Positions 30,378-40,411 of a stretch of DNA of 54,958 nucleotides are shown here, piece by piece. A program made the translations under genes and the position numbers. Origin of the DNA: an uncultured bacterium (GTDB lineage: Bacteria; Cyanobacteriota; Vampirovibrionia; Gastranaerophilales; Gastranaerophilaceae); contig CASEVT010000007.1 in NCBI GenBank assembly GCA_949291445.1, forward strand, positions 1-54,958. The letters are read 5' to 3'. Positions within the stretch are counted from its first letter, which is position 1. Every line of letters starts with the position of its first letter. The notes below the pieces were generated by a model. The model had not been told where the DNA came from. It made no database searches and saw nothing but the letters and a program-made list of their open reading frames with translations.

Positions 30378-31691
30378 TTAGTTTGCCCTATCTTTTTCTC
30401 CTAATTTCATACACAAAGATAATGCCAGAATAAACAACGGATAAATTTGAAGTATAATTCGTTCAACAGAATTGCGCAAAATCCAATCCATATCGTGCGG
30501 TGACAAGAGATAAACCGTAAAATACCCCAAACTCATTATCACCACCAACAACCATAAAAATACTGTCTGCAATTTATACTTCACACTCACTCCCGAAATA
30601 AAAAGTAACAAATACGTAAATGCTATATAAAAATTAAGAAACACAGACTTTAGAAAATGTTTAACTATGATTAAATAATATTTTACCTGCCATATATGTT
30701 TATAAGTCTTGAGCAAAACCAACCCCGAGAACAAATCGTTCGGTGCCTTTGCCGTAATTTTCATTATTGCCAATATTACCGAAGGTATTATAATACCGGC
30801 AACCGCAACGAGCATTTTTTTATATTCTTTCAGATAAATCAAGATTAAGAACGAGATCACCAGAAAGACCAAAAAATACATCATACCCTCATTTTTGACC
30901 CAAGCGCTCAATCCTGCAAACATTATTGCAAAAAATAAATACGCATTTTTTCTTGACTCGATAAAAAACATCATCGCAACCGCCGATGAAAGAATAAATA
31001 ATCCCAAAGGTATATCCGCCGCCTGCGATGCCCCATTCGTAATAAAAGGAATAGTCACAGCCAACACTGAACATACCACATCGGCAAGCGTCTTAGACTT
31101 GTATTTTTTAATCGCAAAGTACAGCAAAAAGACCGTTGAAAAAGTAAATATCAATCCCAAAATTAAATTCAAATCAGTGCTGTCAATTCCCGCATATTTC
31201 CAAATTCTTGCAGTTGTGCAGGGTAAAAACAGCGGATAATCGTTGTGCATCATAAAATGCGGCAGCTTAAAAACATTGCGCCAAGACTCCGTATACTGAT
31301 ACAAAAACTCCGCTTTTATATTCCAAATCCTAAAACCATCCCAACTACCCAAGGTATTATTTATAAAATATCGTAAGTAAAAAACCACTCCAACAAGACA
31401 AGACCAAAACAACGCTCTTGAAAATTCCGGTACTTTCAATGGTTTTTGTTCATTTTTTAAATAATAATAAACACCGCTCAATATTAATATAACAAACTCA
31501 ATATTCCTATACACAGAAAAATTATATATATTCAAAAGCATTGAGAAAAAATACAACACTGAACTGAACGACAATCCTAAAACAATCGAAAAAACGACAC
31601 GAAATGAAAGCTCCGTATTCTTCATCAATGGCGAAATAATGAAAAATCCGATGTAAAATGCAATCAAAATTCCAATAATACCACCCAACAT
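30378..31691 (-). CDS. Polytopic membrane protein, GT-C glycosyltransferase-like (hypothetical)
   Basis: About 12 TM segments. Loop after the early helices reads GSWDGFRIWNIKAEF. Also SAWVKNEGMMYF and a C-terminal SVERIILQIYPLFIL. ATG 31691 is used (track start 31694 is TTG). It overlaps the upstream stop (TGATG). Confidence 0.5.
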   Translation of the reverse strand: MLGGIIGILIAFYIGFFIISPLMKNTELSFRVVFSIVLGLSFSSVLYFFSMLLNIYNFSVYRNIEFVILILSGVYYYLKNEQKPLKVPEFSRALFWSCLVGVVFYLRYFINNTLGSWDGFRIWNIKAEFLYQYTESWRNVFKLPHFMMHNDYPLFLPCTTARIWKYAGIDSTDLNLILGLIFTFSTVFLLYFAIKKYKSKTLADVVCSVLAVTIPFITNGASQAADIPLGLFILSSAVAMMFFIESRKNAYLFFAIMFAGLSAWVKNEGMMYFLVFLVISFLILIYLKEYKKMLVAVAGIIIPSVILAIMKITAKAPNDLFSGLVLLKTYKHIWQVKYYLIIVKHFLKSVFLNFYIAFTYLLLFISGVSVKYKLQTVFLWLLVVIMSLGYFTVYLLSPHDMDWILRNSVERIILQIYPLFILALSLCMKLGEKDRAN

Positions 31692-32104
31692 CAACTCTCT
31701 CTCCGCTTAAAAATATAAATCATGTTATTTATTTTTTTGTAAATCTCTAATCCGTTATCAATAAGCACATCCTTATGAAAAACCCCGACAACAAATTTTG
31801 ATTCCGTATCGTTTTTCAATATTGCAGGCACAACAGCATATTGCACCATATAAAAATCCTTTATCGGTTCCACCAGATCAAAAACCTTCACCGGCGGAGT
31901 ATCCGATAAAAACCCAACAGCTGATTCATCTTTTATATTTTCAATATTGGATTTTAATAGTTGCGTTGTCGATGCAAATGTACTTTTCGAACGAAAATCA
32001 TCAAATAAAAATGTATACGGCACCTGAATTATCCACAACAAATACTGCAGATTAAATACTATCAACAGCACATAAACAAGCCTCAGAATATTTTTTTCTT
32101 TCAT
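31691..32104 (-). CDS. Hypothetical single-TM protein with extracytoplasmic domain
   Basis: N-terminal TM ILRLVYVLLIVFNLQYLLWII, then a ~105-aa domain. ATGA overlap with the coaE stop and TGATG overlap with the downstream membrane protein. Confidence 0.55.
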   Translation of the reverse strand: MKEKNILRLVYVLLIVFNLQYLLWIIQVPYTFLFDDFRSKSTFASTTQLLKSNIENIKDESAVGFLSDTPPVKVFDLVEPIKDFYMVQYAVVPAILKNDTESKFVVGVFHKDVLIDNGLEIYKKINNMIYIFKRRES

Positions 32105-32691
32105 GCTTTCAATCTTTCGATGATTTTATTAATCTGCAACTCCAACTCGAGTATGTCATTGTTGTTTTCAATAATAAAATCGGCAATATTTCTTTTCTCC
32201 TCCTGAGAAATTTGAGAATTTATCCTGTCCAAAGCATGCTCAAGACTGTATCCGTTTCGATTCATCAACCGCTGTAAGCGTATTTTTTTGTCAGCACAAA
32301 CAAGTATAGTCTTATCAAACATCGGCTGTATATCTATCTCAAACAACAACGGCACCGACGCAATTGCTATTTGCGCATCACGATTCCGATCAAAAAACTC
32401 CTCTATTCTTTTTATTACTGCAGGATGAATAATATTTTCCAATTCTTCCAGCTTATCTTGATCGGCAAAAACTATTTGACCTATCTTTGCGCGGGACAAG
32501 CTTCCGTTATCGTTATAAATATCATCTTGCGAAAAAAGTTTCTTAATTTTTTGTTGAATATCTCTATCTTTCTCAATCAATTCGTGGGTTATATCATCTG
32601 CATTAATTACCGGAATACCCTTTTTTTCAAAATAACTTTCAACTATCGATTTGCCCGAAGCAATATTTCCTGTGAGACCAACACTTAACAT
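32101..32691 (-). CDS. coaE: Dephospho-CoA kinase
   Basis: MLSVGLTGNIASGKS P-loop, VINADD, 196 aa. ATG 32691 is preferred to TTG 32709. Confidence 0.9.
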   Translation of the reverse strand: MLSVGLTGNIASGKSIVESYFEKKGIPVINADDITHELIEKDRDIQQKIKKLFSQDDIYNDNGSLSRAKIGQIVFADQDKLEELENIIHPAVIKRIEEFFDRNRDAQIAIASVPLLFEIDIQPMFDKTILVCADKKIRLQRLMNRNGYSLEHALDRINSQISQEEKRNIADFIIENNNDILELELQINKIIERLKA

Positions 32692-32693
32692 CT

Positions 32694-34133
32694 TTACTTT
32701 AACTCCCAAATTGTAGTTCCGTCTTTTGTATCTTTAAGCACAATATTAATTTTTGCAAGCCCGTCACGTATCTTATCTGCAACAGCCCAATCTTTTCTCG
32801 CCCGAGCTTCATTTCTTGCTTTGATTATCTCTTGCATAATCTCTGATGCTCCGGCATCTTTATTTTCAATAAAATCAAATTCCCCGATTACACTTGATAA
32901 CTTTTGCTTCAACGTACTTTCATCAATCTCAACCTTTTCAAAATCAAACCCCAAAACCCTTGCTATCACCATCAATGATGAAAGATAACTCACAACAGCT
33001 TCACGTTCTCCCTCATCTTTTGACCTGTTAGCTTTCGTCGCAAGCTCGAACATCACCGCCAACGCTTTTGAAGTATTGAAGTCCTCATTCATTGCAGATT
33101 TAAACTGTTCTATCTCCTCACTTTTTATATCCTCGATTAAATTTTCTTTTCCGACATAATTCAAAAGTGAATTAACAGTATTTTTCAAGCGTTTAATACC
33201 GTTAGAAGCCGCATCCAATGCCTCATCATTAAATTCTACCGGCATCCGATAATGATTTGTTAATATAAAAAATCGAAGCGTATTTGCATCATATTTTTGG
33301 AGAATATCGTCTATTGTAATAAAATTGCCCAACGACTTTGACATTTTCTCCTTATTAATCGTAACAAAACCGTTATGCAGCCAATACTTAACGAACCTAC
33401 ACCCGTTAGCACACTCTGATTGCGCAATTTCATTTTCATGGTGAGGAAAAATCAAATCCGCACCACCGGCGTGAATATCTATCTCAGGCGCCAAATGTTT
33501 TCTTGCCATTGCAGAACACTCGATATGCCAACCCGGACGGCCTATACCCCAAGGGCTTTTATAACCGTGTTTTTCATCTTTTTTCCATAATGCAAAATCT
33601 AAAACATCTTCCTTCTTTGAAGAAGCCTCCACTCTTGCTCCGGCAACAAGATCATCTATCGGCTGTTTGCTTAAATACCCATATTTACTAAATTTTTTTA
33701 CCCTGAAATAAACATCACCGTCTGACTCATATGCATAACCGTTTTCAATAAGTTTTTTCACGATAGCAATCATCTCACCCAAATTCTTTGTCGCAAACGG
33801 CTCTATATCAGGCTTAGAATTATTAAGCTTTTTCATAGATGCGGAGAATATATCATAATATTTCTTCGCAACCTCATCCGGTGTAATCCCCTCCTTCTCA
33901 GAACGGGCAAGAATTTTATCATCAACATCAGTAACATTTCGACAATACTTTACATCATAGCCGAGAAACTTTAAATATCTGTATACAACATCCCAGGTTA
34001 TATAACAACGGGCATGCCCCAAATGAGGATTGTCATACACCGTCGGACCACACACATACATATTGACTTTATTGCCTTCAACCGGCTGAAATTCTTCTAT
34101 CTTGTCCGAATATGTATTATACAACTTCAACAT
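32694..34133 (-). CDS. cysS: Cysteine--tRNA ligase
   Basis: MYVCGPTVYDNPHLGHAR (HIGH), GWHIECSAM, KMSKSLGN (KMSKS). Confidence 0.97.
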   Translation of the reverse strand: MLKLYNTYSDKIEEFQPVEGNKVNMYVCGPTVYDNPHLGHARCYITWDVVYRYLKFLGYDVKYCRNVTDVDDKILARSEKEGITPDEVAKKYYDIFSASMKKLNNSKPDIEPFATKNLGEMIAIVKKLIENGYAYESDGDVYFRVKKFSKYGYLSKQPIDDLVAGARVEASSKKEDVLDFALWKKDEKHGYKSPWGIGRPGWHIECSAMARKHLAPEIDIHAGGADLIFPHHENEIAQSECANGCRFVKYWLHNGFVTINKEKMSKSLGNFITIDDILQKYDANTLRFFILTNHYRMPVEFNDEALDAASNGIKRLKNTVNSLLNYVGKENLIEDIKSEEIEQFKSAMNEDFNTSKALAVMFELATKANRSKDEGEREAVVSYLSSLMVIARVLGFDFEKVEIDESTLKQKLSSVIGEFDFIENKDAGASEIMQEIIKARNEARARKDWAVADKIRDGLAKINIVLKDTKDGTTIWELK

Positions 34134-34262
34134 AATATTTCCTCTGATGCCTTCTAGATTATATCTTGTTATATTACACCAAAAACTCTTTGCAAAAAAC
34201 CCCGACCGGAGGAGTTAAATTTGACAAGCCAAGAATCAACACTCTACTAAAAAAATTGAAAC

Positions 34263-35066
34263 CTAAATATTCTCAACAATCTTGATCAAAAGATTTTTAA
34301 ACTCACCCTTGACTCTGTTCGCATTTTCAACAACCTCAACATGAGAAAGCCTGCTGGGATGCACACCGGCAGCAGAGTTTGTAATACAGCTTATGCCCAA
34401 AACGTCCATTCCACAATAGTTAGCCACCAATGCCTCCGGAACAGTAGACATACCCACTGCATCTGCTCCCATTTTTCTTAACATATTAATCTCAGCAGGC
34501 GTCTCATAACTCGGACCGCTCATTGCAGCATATACACCCGTATGTATAACCATACCAAGCTCACCGGCAACTTTTTGCGCAAGTTTAATCAAATCTTTCT
34601 TATAAACTTCACTCATATCCGGAAATCTATCGCCTAGACTGGAATCGTTCTCTCCAATTAACGGATTTGTTCCCATAAGATTTATATGATCTTTTATCAA
34701 CATCAACTCACCGGAATTGTATTTTTTGTTAACACTGCCGGCAGCATTTGTTATTATCAAAGTTTTAACGCCAATTTTCTTCATTATTTTTACGGGATAA
34801 ACAATCCTGCTTATATGATACCCCTCATAATAATGAAAACGTCCCTGCATCATTACAACGTTTTTACCTTCTATCTCCGCAAAAACCAACTGACCCTTAT
34901 GACCTACGACAGTCGAATTTTCAAACCCTGGAATTTTAGAATACGGTATCTTTATACCGGAGAATTCATTTGCAAACTCACCCAAACCCGAACCCAAAAT
35001 TATACCTATTTCAGGTCGAAATTCTTTTATTCGCTCCTCAATATACTCTACAGTTTCATTTATCAT
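34263..35066 (-). CDS. Purine nucleoside phosphorylase (PunA/PNP-I family)
   Basis: GIILGSGLG, GHKGQLVFAEIEGKNVVMMQGRFHYYEGY, ITNAAGS, MSGPSYETPAE, GADAVGMSTVPE. Confidence 0.92.
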   Translation of the reverse strand: MINETVEYIEERIKEFRPEIGIILGSGLGEFANEFSGIKIPYSKIPGFENSTVVGHKGQLVFAEIEGKNVVMMQGRFHYYEGYHISRIVYPVKIMKKIGVKTLIITNAAGSVNKKYNSGELMLIKDHINLMGTNPLIGENDSSLGDRFPDMSEVYKKDLIKLAQKVAGELGMVIHTGVYAAMSGPSYETPAEINMLRKMGADAVGMSTVPEALVANYCGMDVLGISCITNSAAGVHPSRLSHVEVVENANRVKGEFKNLLIKIVENI

Positions 35067-35068
35067 AC

Positions 35069-35620
35069 TTAAACCACCAAGTTATTTTTAACAAATTCTG
35101 CACCATAATCAAGCGATGCTATATTATATTCTAATAAATGTCTGCGTTTTTGGGTAGTAATCTCGCTTAAAGCCTGTTTCAACGACTCCAACTTCAATAT
35201 ACCGGTCTTTTGAACATAAGCACCAACGGCAATTACGTTAATAAAAGCAGGATGCTCCTTTTCTGCAGCAATATCGTTTAACGGAATATTCAAATACTCA
35301 ATATCCTCTCGTTTTGGTTCAATTTTAACAAGAGAAGTATTTATAATAAAAAGTCCGCCAGGTTTCACACGGTTTTCAAACTTTTGTTCAGAAAACAAAT
35401 TTAGGGCAAAAACGACATCAGACATATTAACAATAGGAGAAGACACCTCATCATCCGAAATATGAACAGAGCAATTAGCCGCACCGCCTCTCATTTCAGC
35501 GCCATAAGACGGAATCCAAGTTGTATGAAACCCTTCAATAACCGCCGCATGGCATAGCAAAGAACCGGCAAACAATACGCCCTGACCGCCAAAACCGGAA
35601 ATAATAATACTTCTGTCCAT
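35069..35620 (-). CDS. 2-oxoacid:ferredoxin oxidoreductase, gamma subunit
   Basis: IIISGFGGQGVLFAGSLL, PSYGAEMRGG. 183 aa. Last gene of the four-gene set. Confidence 0.88.
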   Translation of the reverse strand: MDRSIIISGFGGQGVLFAGSLLCHAAVIEGFHTTWIPSYGAEMRGGAANCSVHISDDEVSSPIVNMSDVVFALNLFSEQKFENRVKPGGLFIINTSLVKIEPKREDIEYLNIPLNDIAAEKEHPAFINVIAVGAYVQKTGILKLESLKQALSEITTQKRRHLLEYNIASLDYGAEFVKNNLVV

Positions 35621-36378
35621 TATTTCACCTCCTGTGAAGTAATGTCTTTAAATACACCAACATGGTGCACTTTTTCTATAGTATTTTTTATAAGATTCAT
35701 AGACTCGACAGGCGACAATCCCCAGTTTGTAGGACAAGCCGCCAAAACTTCGACAAAACTATATCCCAAACCCTTAATCTGCATCTCAAAAGCTTTTCTT
35801 ATAGCCTCTTTTGCTTCTCTTATATGTTTCGGTGAGCATATTGCAACTCTGGCAACATAAGCCGCACCATCACAATTTGCAACTATCTCAGCAGCATGCA
35901 GCGGATATCCGGTAAGTTCTGCCTTTCTACCTTGAGGCGTAGTTTTTGTAACCTGCCCCACAAGCGTAGTTGCACTGGCCTGCCCACCGGTCATACCAAA
36001 TGTAGTATTGTTAATACAGATTGTCGTAATCTTTTCGCCGCGACAAGCAGTATGTATAGTTTCGTTAAAGCCTATCGTTGCAGCATCACCATCACCTTGA
36101 TATGTAAAAACAAACTTATCCGGCAACGAACGTTTTATGCCCGTAGCCACACACGGTGAACGACCGTGCGATGCGCCTGCAACATCTAAATCATAAAATT
36201 TTTCAAGAAATATCGAACAACCGACGGACGAAATAGCAATTGTATTCTCCTGCAAACCATACTCATCGATTAGCTCGGCGATTATTCTCAATACAACGCC
36301 ATGCCCGCATCCGGGACAAAAAGTAAAAGCACCGTTTTTTTTCAAACACTCAGGCTTTTGATAAACCAACGTCTCCAT
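35620..36378 (-). CDS. 2-oxoacid:ferredoxin oxidoreductase, beta (TPP-binding) subunit
   Basis: FCPGCGHG, GDGDAATIGFNE, NNTTFGMTGGQ. ATG 36378 is preferred to track start 36420. TAATG overlap with the gamma subunit. Confidence 0.9.
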   Translation of the reverse strand: METLVYQKPECLKKNGAFTFCPGCGHGVVLRIIAELIDEYGLQENTIAISSVGCSIFLEKFYDLDVAGASHGRSPCVATGIKRSLPDKFVFTYQGDGDAATIGFNETIHTACRGEKITTICINNTTFGMTGGQASATTLVGQVTKTTPQGRKAELTGYPLHAAEIVANCDGAAYVARVAICSPKHIREAKEAIRKAFEMQIKGLGYSFVEVLAACPTNWGLSPVESMNLIKNTIEKVHHVGVFKDITSQEVK

Positions 36379-36379
36379 C

Positions 36380-37465
36380 TTAAACCAAGCCTCCTCGCGC
36401 AATCTTTTTGTCAGCATCAACTATTGAATCATAAATATCCTCGAAAGTAATCAAAGCACCACCTGGTTTACCGAAGAACTCAACCGGCGCCGCACCGAAA
36501 ACAGCAGAGCGAACATCCAGTAACATTTGACCCATATTCATTTCAATATCTAAAACAATTTTTGCTTTTTTAGCAGCCTGATGCAAAGCCTTATCAGGGA
36601 ACGGAAATAATGTAACAGGACGGAACAGACCTGCTTTTATACCGTTTTGTCGAGCACGTTTAACAGCTGCCTTCGCTACTCTTGCTACCGTTCCGAACGC
36701 TGTTATTATAATATCGGCATCCTCTGTCATATACTCTTCATAACTGGTTTCATTTTCTGCTATCTTGTCGTATTTTTCAAACAACCTGCGAGTAATAGCT
36801 TCCATCTCACCATCCAACATATGCAATGAAACTAAAAACCTCGGTTCACGACCCTTAGCACCTGAAAGCGCCCAACTGCTCGTATCTGTTTCAGGATACG
36901 GATATTTTTTAAACTCAACAGGCTCCATCATCTGTCCTAAAATACCATCAGCAAGCAACATAACCGGATTTCTGTATTTCATGGCAAGATGAAAAGCTCG
37001 ATATGTCAAATCCACAGACTCCTGAACCGTGCTCGGTGCAAGAACAATTACCCTGTAATCACCATTGCCGCCACCTCGCACTGCCTGGAAATAATCACCC
37101 TGTGCCGGTGCAATATTACCCAACCCCGGACCGCCACGCATTACACTCACTATTACTCCGGGGACCTCTGCACAAACCATTGCCGACAAACCTTCTTGCA
37201 TAAGTGCTATACCACATGACGATGAAGAAGTCATTGCCTTTGTTCCTGTTGTTCCGGCGCCTATCAACATGCTTATTGACGCCAGCTCACTTTCTGCCGG
37301 AATAAAAGTTCGTCCCATCGCCGGCAATTTTGCACTCATATATTCACCAATCTCACTTTGCGGCGTTATCGGATATCCAAAATAACACATACATCCTGCA
37401 TTAATAGCTGCCTGTGCTATCGCTTCATTTCCTTTATACAAAACTTTTCGTCCGGTCTCCAACAC
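36380..37465 (-). CDS. 2-oxoacid:ferredoxin oxidoreductase, alpha subunit
   Basis: GNEAIAQAAINAGCMCYFGYPITPQSEI, MRGGPGLG. GTG start at 37465 overlaps the delta stop (TAGTG). Confidence 0.9.
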   Translation of the reverse strand: MLETGRKVLYKGNEAIAQAAINAGCMCYFGYPITPQSEIGEYMSAKLPAMGRTFIPAESELASISMLIGAGTTGTKAMTSSSSCGIALMQEGLSAMVCAEVPGVIVSVMRGGPGLGNIAPAQGDYFQAVRGGGNGDYRVIVLAPSTVQESVDLTYRAFHLAMKYRNPVMLLADGILGQMMEPVEFKKYPYPETDTSSWALSGAKGREPRFLVSLHMLDGEMEAITRRLFEKYDKIAENETSYEEYMTEDADIIITAFGTVARVAKAAVKRARQNGIKAGLFRPVTLFPFPDKALHQAAKKAKIVLDIEMNMGQMLLDVRSAVFGAAPVEFFGKPGGALITFEDIYDSIVDADKKIARGGLV

Positions 37466-37674
37466 TATTTATACACCTTTACTATTGCTACATCAGGACA
37501 ACTGTGCGCACACATTGCACAACCTATACACTCACCGTTTTTATCCTCAAACTCTGCATAATTCAATCCCTTCATATTAACTGAATGTGAGGGATGAATC
37601 AGCTTTTTGGGACATACGCTCATACAAATATTACAAGCTTTGCATCTTTCTTTGTCTATTACAATTCTGCCCAT
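37465..37674 (-). CDS. 2-oxoacid:ferredoxin oxidoreductase, delta subunit (2x[4Fe-4S] ferredoxin)
   Basis: 69 aa with CKACNICMSVCP and CIGCAMCAHSCP. Confidence 0.9.
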   Translation of the reverse strand: MGRIVIDKERCKACNICMSVCPKKLIHPSHSVNMKGLNYAEFEDKNGECIGCAMCAHSCPDVAIVKVYK

Positions 37675-37898
37675 TTCTTCACACTAATACATACCTAGAC
37701 TCATTACATTCTACCACCCTGAAAAATAAAAGAACAGCTTTTATTTTTTATATTATTGTAAATTTCTTTGCTCTGTTCATTAATCCCGTTATTATTCAAA
37801 TCTTTTATCTACAACCCCTAAACTACACTCACAGGCAATATCAACAATTTATTATTGTGCTAATTTTTATTAGTTACAAATTTCAAAAGGAGGTTAGA

Positions 37899-38204
37899 AT
37901 GAATCAATACAAGAAAATTCAAGGAATGAAAAAATTTTTTGTAAAAAGTTTTTGGATCAGCATACTGTTACTAATTGTCATTTGTATAGCTGCCGCATTA
38001 ACATTCGAATTTCAAGCATCACTGGCTGAACGTTTTTACGGGCTTGATATGGATGATTACGCACAAATCCTTGTATCTACATTGACAATTTGGAAAATAC
38101 TCATAATACAATTTACATTAATTCCGATGCTTGCGCTCTGGTGTATTTCAAAACATCTCAATAAGGATGAACAAGACTCCTCAAACAACGGTTGCGGATG
38201 TTAA
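37899..38204 (+). CDS. Small membrane protein (2-3 TM) with C-terminal GCGC
   Basis: Strong SD AAAGGAGG 7 nt upstream of ATG 37899. MNQYKKIQGMKKFFVKSFWISILLLIVICIAAAL... Ends DEQDSSNNGCGC. The longer track ORF from 37587 overlaps the delta-subunit gene and lacks an SD. Confidence 0.65.
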   Translation: MNQYKKIQGMKKFFVKSFWISILLLIVICIAAALTFEFQASLAERFYGLDMDDYAQILVSTLTIWKILIIQFTLIPMLALWCISKHLNKDEQDSSNNGCGC

Positions 38205-38220
38205 CACACACATATATATA

Positions 38221-38254
38221 AAAAAAGCCCCCAAAAATAAGGGGGCTTTTTTTA
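38221..38254. terminator. Bidirectional rho-independent terminator (small membrane protein / rseP)
   Basis: AGCCCCC (38226-38232) / GGGGGCT (38241-38247), flanked by an A6 run upstream and a T7 run downstream. Confidence 0.85.
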
Positions 38255-38263
38255 TTCACTCAT

Positions 38264-39634
38264 TTATATTTGTTTCGTCACCAGCGCAAATATATCGTTA
38301 AATATAATCAAGAACATCAAAATCAAAAGTATTGTGAATCCGGCGTTAGCTATCTTCTCGACAGTTTTTTCATTTACCGGAGACCCTTTTATTTTTTCTA
38401 TTAACAAAAACAAAAGATGTCCGCCATCTAAAGCAGGGATGGGAAGTATATTAATAATTGCAAGGTTCAAACTGATAATAGCAGTCAATAGCAGACCCTT
38501 AAAAAATCCCTGATGTTCTATCACGTCACCGCCCAATTTTGTAATCGCCACAATACCGTGCAATTCTTTCATGGGGATCTGACCCGTAAACAACTTCACC
38601 AATCCCAATACCATCAATTCAGTATTAGTCCACAAATATTCTCCGGATTTTGTCAATATTTGTTCTGGAGTTCTTGTCGGAGTCAAGACTTCTTCTATAT
38701 TTTGCATTATTCCGATTTTTCCGTTTTCATCGGAATAAATAGGTCTTAATCTGACATATCTGCCGTTTCTTAATACTATAAAGTTCATGGGTTTTTGAGT
38801 ATCAGAAAGAGCTGCCGCAATATCATAAAGCGTTGTGCTGTCGTTTTCTACCGTATACTCTTTTTCACCTTGTATTTTTTTCGAAAGTTCAATTTGTTTT
38901 TCAGAAAGTTTTTCTTCTTTAATCTTTGGTCTTTCCAACCCCAACAACACATTTCTCGACAGATGTACGGGACTTTCATCTCTGACCATGACAAGTTTTA
39001 CTTTGGTTTTAAGCGGTAAAACATCAGTTGCAGAAAGATTGGGATTTACATTTTTCAACTCATTATAAATTTCATCAATTAGCTCTTTAGAAGCCATCCC
39101 ATCGTGCAATTTGCTCATCTGTGCGTATTTATCGACTTGAAAAGGAAAATCTATTATTGAATCATTGATTTTGTATAACTTATCGCCTCGAAGCAGCCCC
39201 GATTCCTGAACGGACGAACCGCTTGGTGCGACAATTTTTGCAATCCTTATATCATACTTGCCGGCAGGAAGCTTGCCCCAAACCGCAGCCGTAAATACAA
39301 CAAGAACCATCGCACATAAAACATTTGCAATTACACCTGCAGAAATAACGATTGCTCTTTGACCGATTGATTTATTTTGGAACCTCTCATCAGAATCCGC
39401 CGGAAGATCTGAATTTACATCATCATCCGGAAAAGAAACATACCCGCCCAATAGCAGAGCATGAACCAAAATTTTTGTATCACCTATTTGTCCCTCATAA
39501 AGTGTGGGACCAAACGGCAATCCGAAACCAAATTTGTCGACCTTAATCCCTAACGCACGCGCGGACAAAAAATGTCCAAGTTCATGAACTAATATCAATA
39601 AACTTATCAGCAAAATCATTATAATGACATTCAT
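38264..39634 (-). CDS. rseP: RIP metalloprotease RseP (site-2 protease, M50 family)
   Basis: LVHELGHFLSAR (HExxH), central PDZ-like region, LNLAIINILPIPALDGGHLL. Confidence 0.93.
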   Translation of the reverse strand: MNVIIMILLISLLILVHELGHFLSARALGIKVDKFGFGLPFGPTLYEGQIGDTKILVHALLLGGYVSFPDDDVNSDLPADSDERFQNKSIGQRAIVISAGVIANVLCAMVLVVFTAAVWGKLPAGKYDIRIAKIVAPSGSSVQESGLLRGDKLYKINDSIIDFPFQVDKYAQMSKLHDGMASKELIDEIYNELKNVNPNLSATDVLPLKTKVKLVMVRDESPVHLSRNVLLGLERPKIKEEKLSEKQIELSKKIQGEKEYTVENDSTTLYDIAAALSDTQKPMNFIVLRNGRYVRLRPIYSDENGKIGIMQNIEEVLTPTRTPEQILTKSGEYLWTNTELMVLGLVKLFTGQIPMKELHGIVAITKLGGDVIEHQGFFKGLLLTAIISLNLAIINILPIPALDGGHLLFLLIEKIKGSPVNEKTVEKIANAGFTILLILMFLIIFNDIFALVTKQI

Positions 39635-39706
39635 CAGAAACTCTCTCTTCCTTAGTAATTATTTTTAGAACATTTTAACATAAGAATTATCATATATAAT
39701 TATCCT

Positions 39707-40360
39707 ATGATAAAATTTTTTGCACAATTACTCGACCTAATATATAAAAAGCAATGTTATTTCTGCAAAAAGACGCACGAAAATTCCGTAATGTGCACAA
39801 AATGCTACGAAGAAATTGAACTATTGCAGCCAAAACCGATTATACACATTGATGAAATACCGGTTTTCAGTGCAACCGTTTATGGCAAAAACATGCAAAA
39901 ATTAATTCGCGGGTTAAAATACCACAACAAAAAGGAACTTGCCGTTTATCAGGCACGGTTTATGGCTGACTACTGGAACAACATTCCTGAGAAAAAAAAT
40001 TCATACGTAATTGTACCTGTTCCGCTTTTTATCAACCGCGAAAAAAAACGTAAATACAACCACATGCTTCTGGTTGCGGAAGAATTAGCTAAATTGTGTA
40101 ACTACAACGTTAAAAATAATCTGATTTACAGAATTAAAAACACCAAACCCCAATATAAGCTTTCAATAAAAGAAAGACAAAAAAATTTGCACAACGCTTT
40201 TGAAGTAAAAAAACAAAATTATAACAACGAAAATATATTGCTAATCGATGATATTTTGACGACCGGCACAACACTTACAGAGATTGTCAAAGAACTGAAA
40301 AAAAACGGCATAACAAACATAACTTGTTTTACAACAAGCTGTACGGCTTCACATATATAA
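39707..40360 (+). CDS. comF: ComF family protein (phosphoribosyltransferase domain)
   Basis: N-terminal Cys pairs CYFCKK...CTKCYEE, C-terminal PRT motif ILLIDDILTTGTTL. Confidence 0.85.
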   Translation: MIKFFAQLLDLIYKKQCYFCKKTHENSVMCTKCYEEIELLQPKPIIHIDEIPVFSATVYGKNMQKLIRGLKYHNKKELAVYQARFMADYWNNIPEKKNSYVIVPVPLFINREKKRKYNHMLLVAEELAKLCNYNVKNNLIYRIKNTKPQYKLSIKERQKNLHNAFEVKKQNYNNENILLIDDILTTGTTLTEIVKELKKNGITNITCFTTSCTASHI

Positions 40361-40411
40361 CAACGCCAATCCGTTATAACAAATCGTTATACCATACAAT
40401 CACATATTTAG

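Noticed and set aside
34134-34262. Possible T-box or other leader upstream of cysS
   Set aside because: The spacer is only 129 nt, with no specifier or T-box-like conserved sequence and no convincing terminator/antiterminator pair.
37587-37898. 5' two-thirds of track ORF 37587..38204 (205 aa)
   Set aside because: It starts inside and antisense to the ferredoxin delta-subunit gene and has no SD. The sequence is low-complexity, promoter-like AT-rich DNA. A consensus SD plus ATG at 37899 defines the real, shorter gene.
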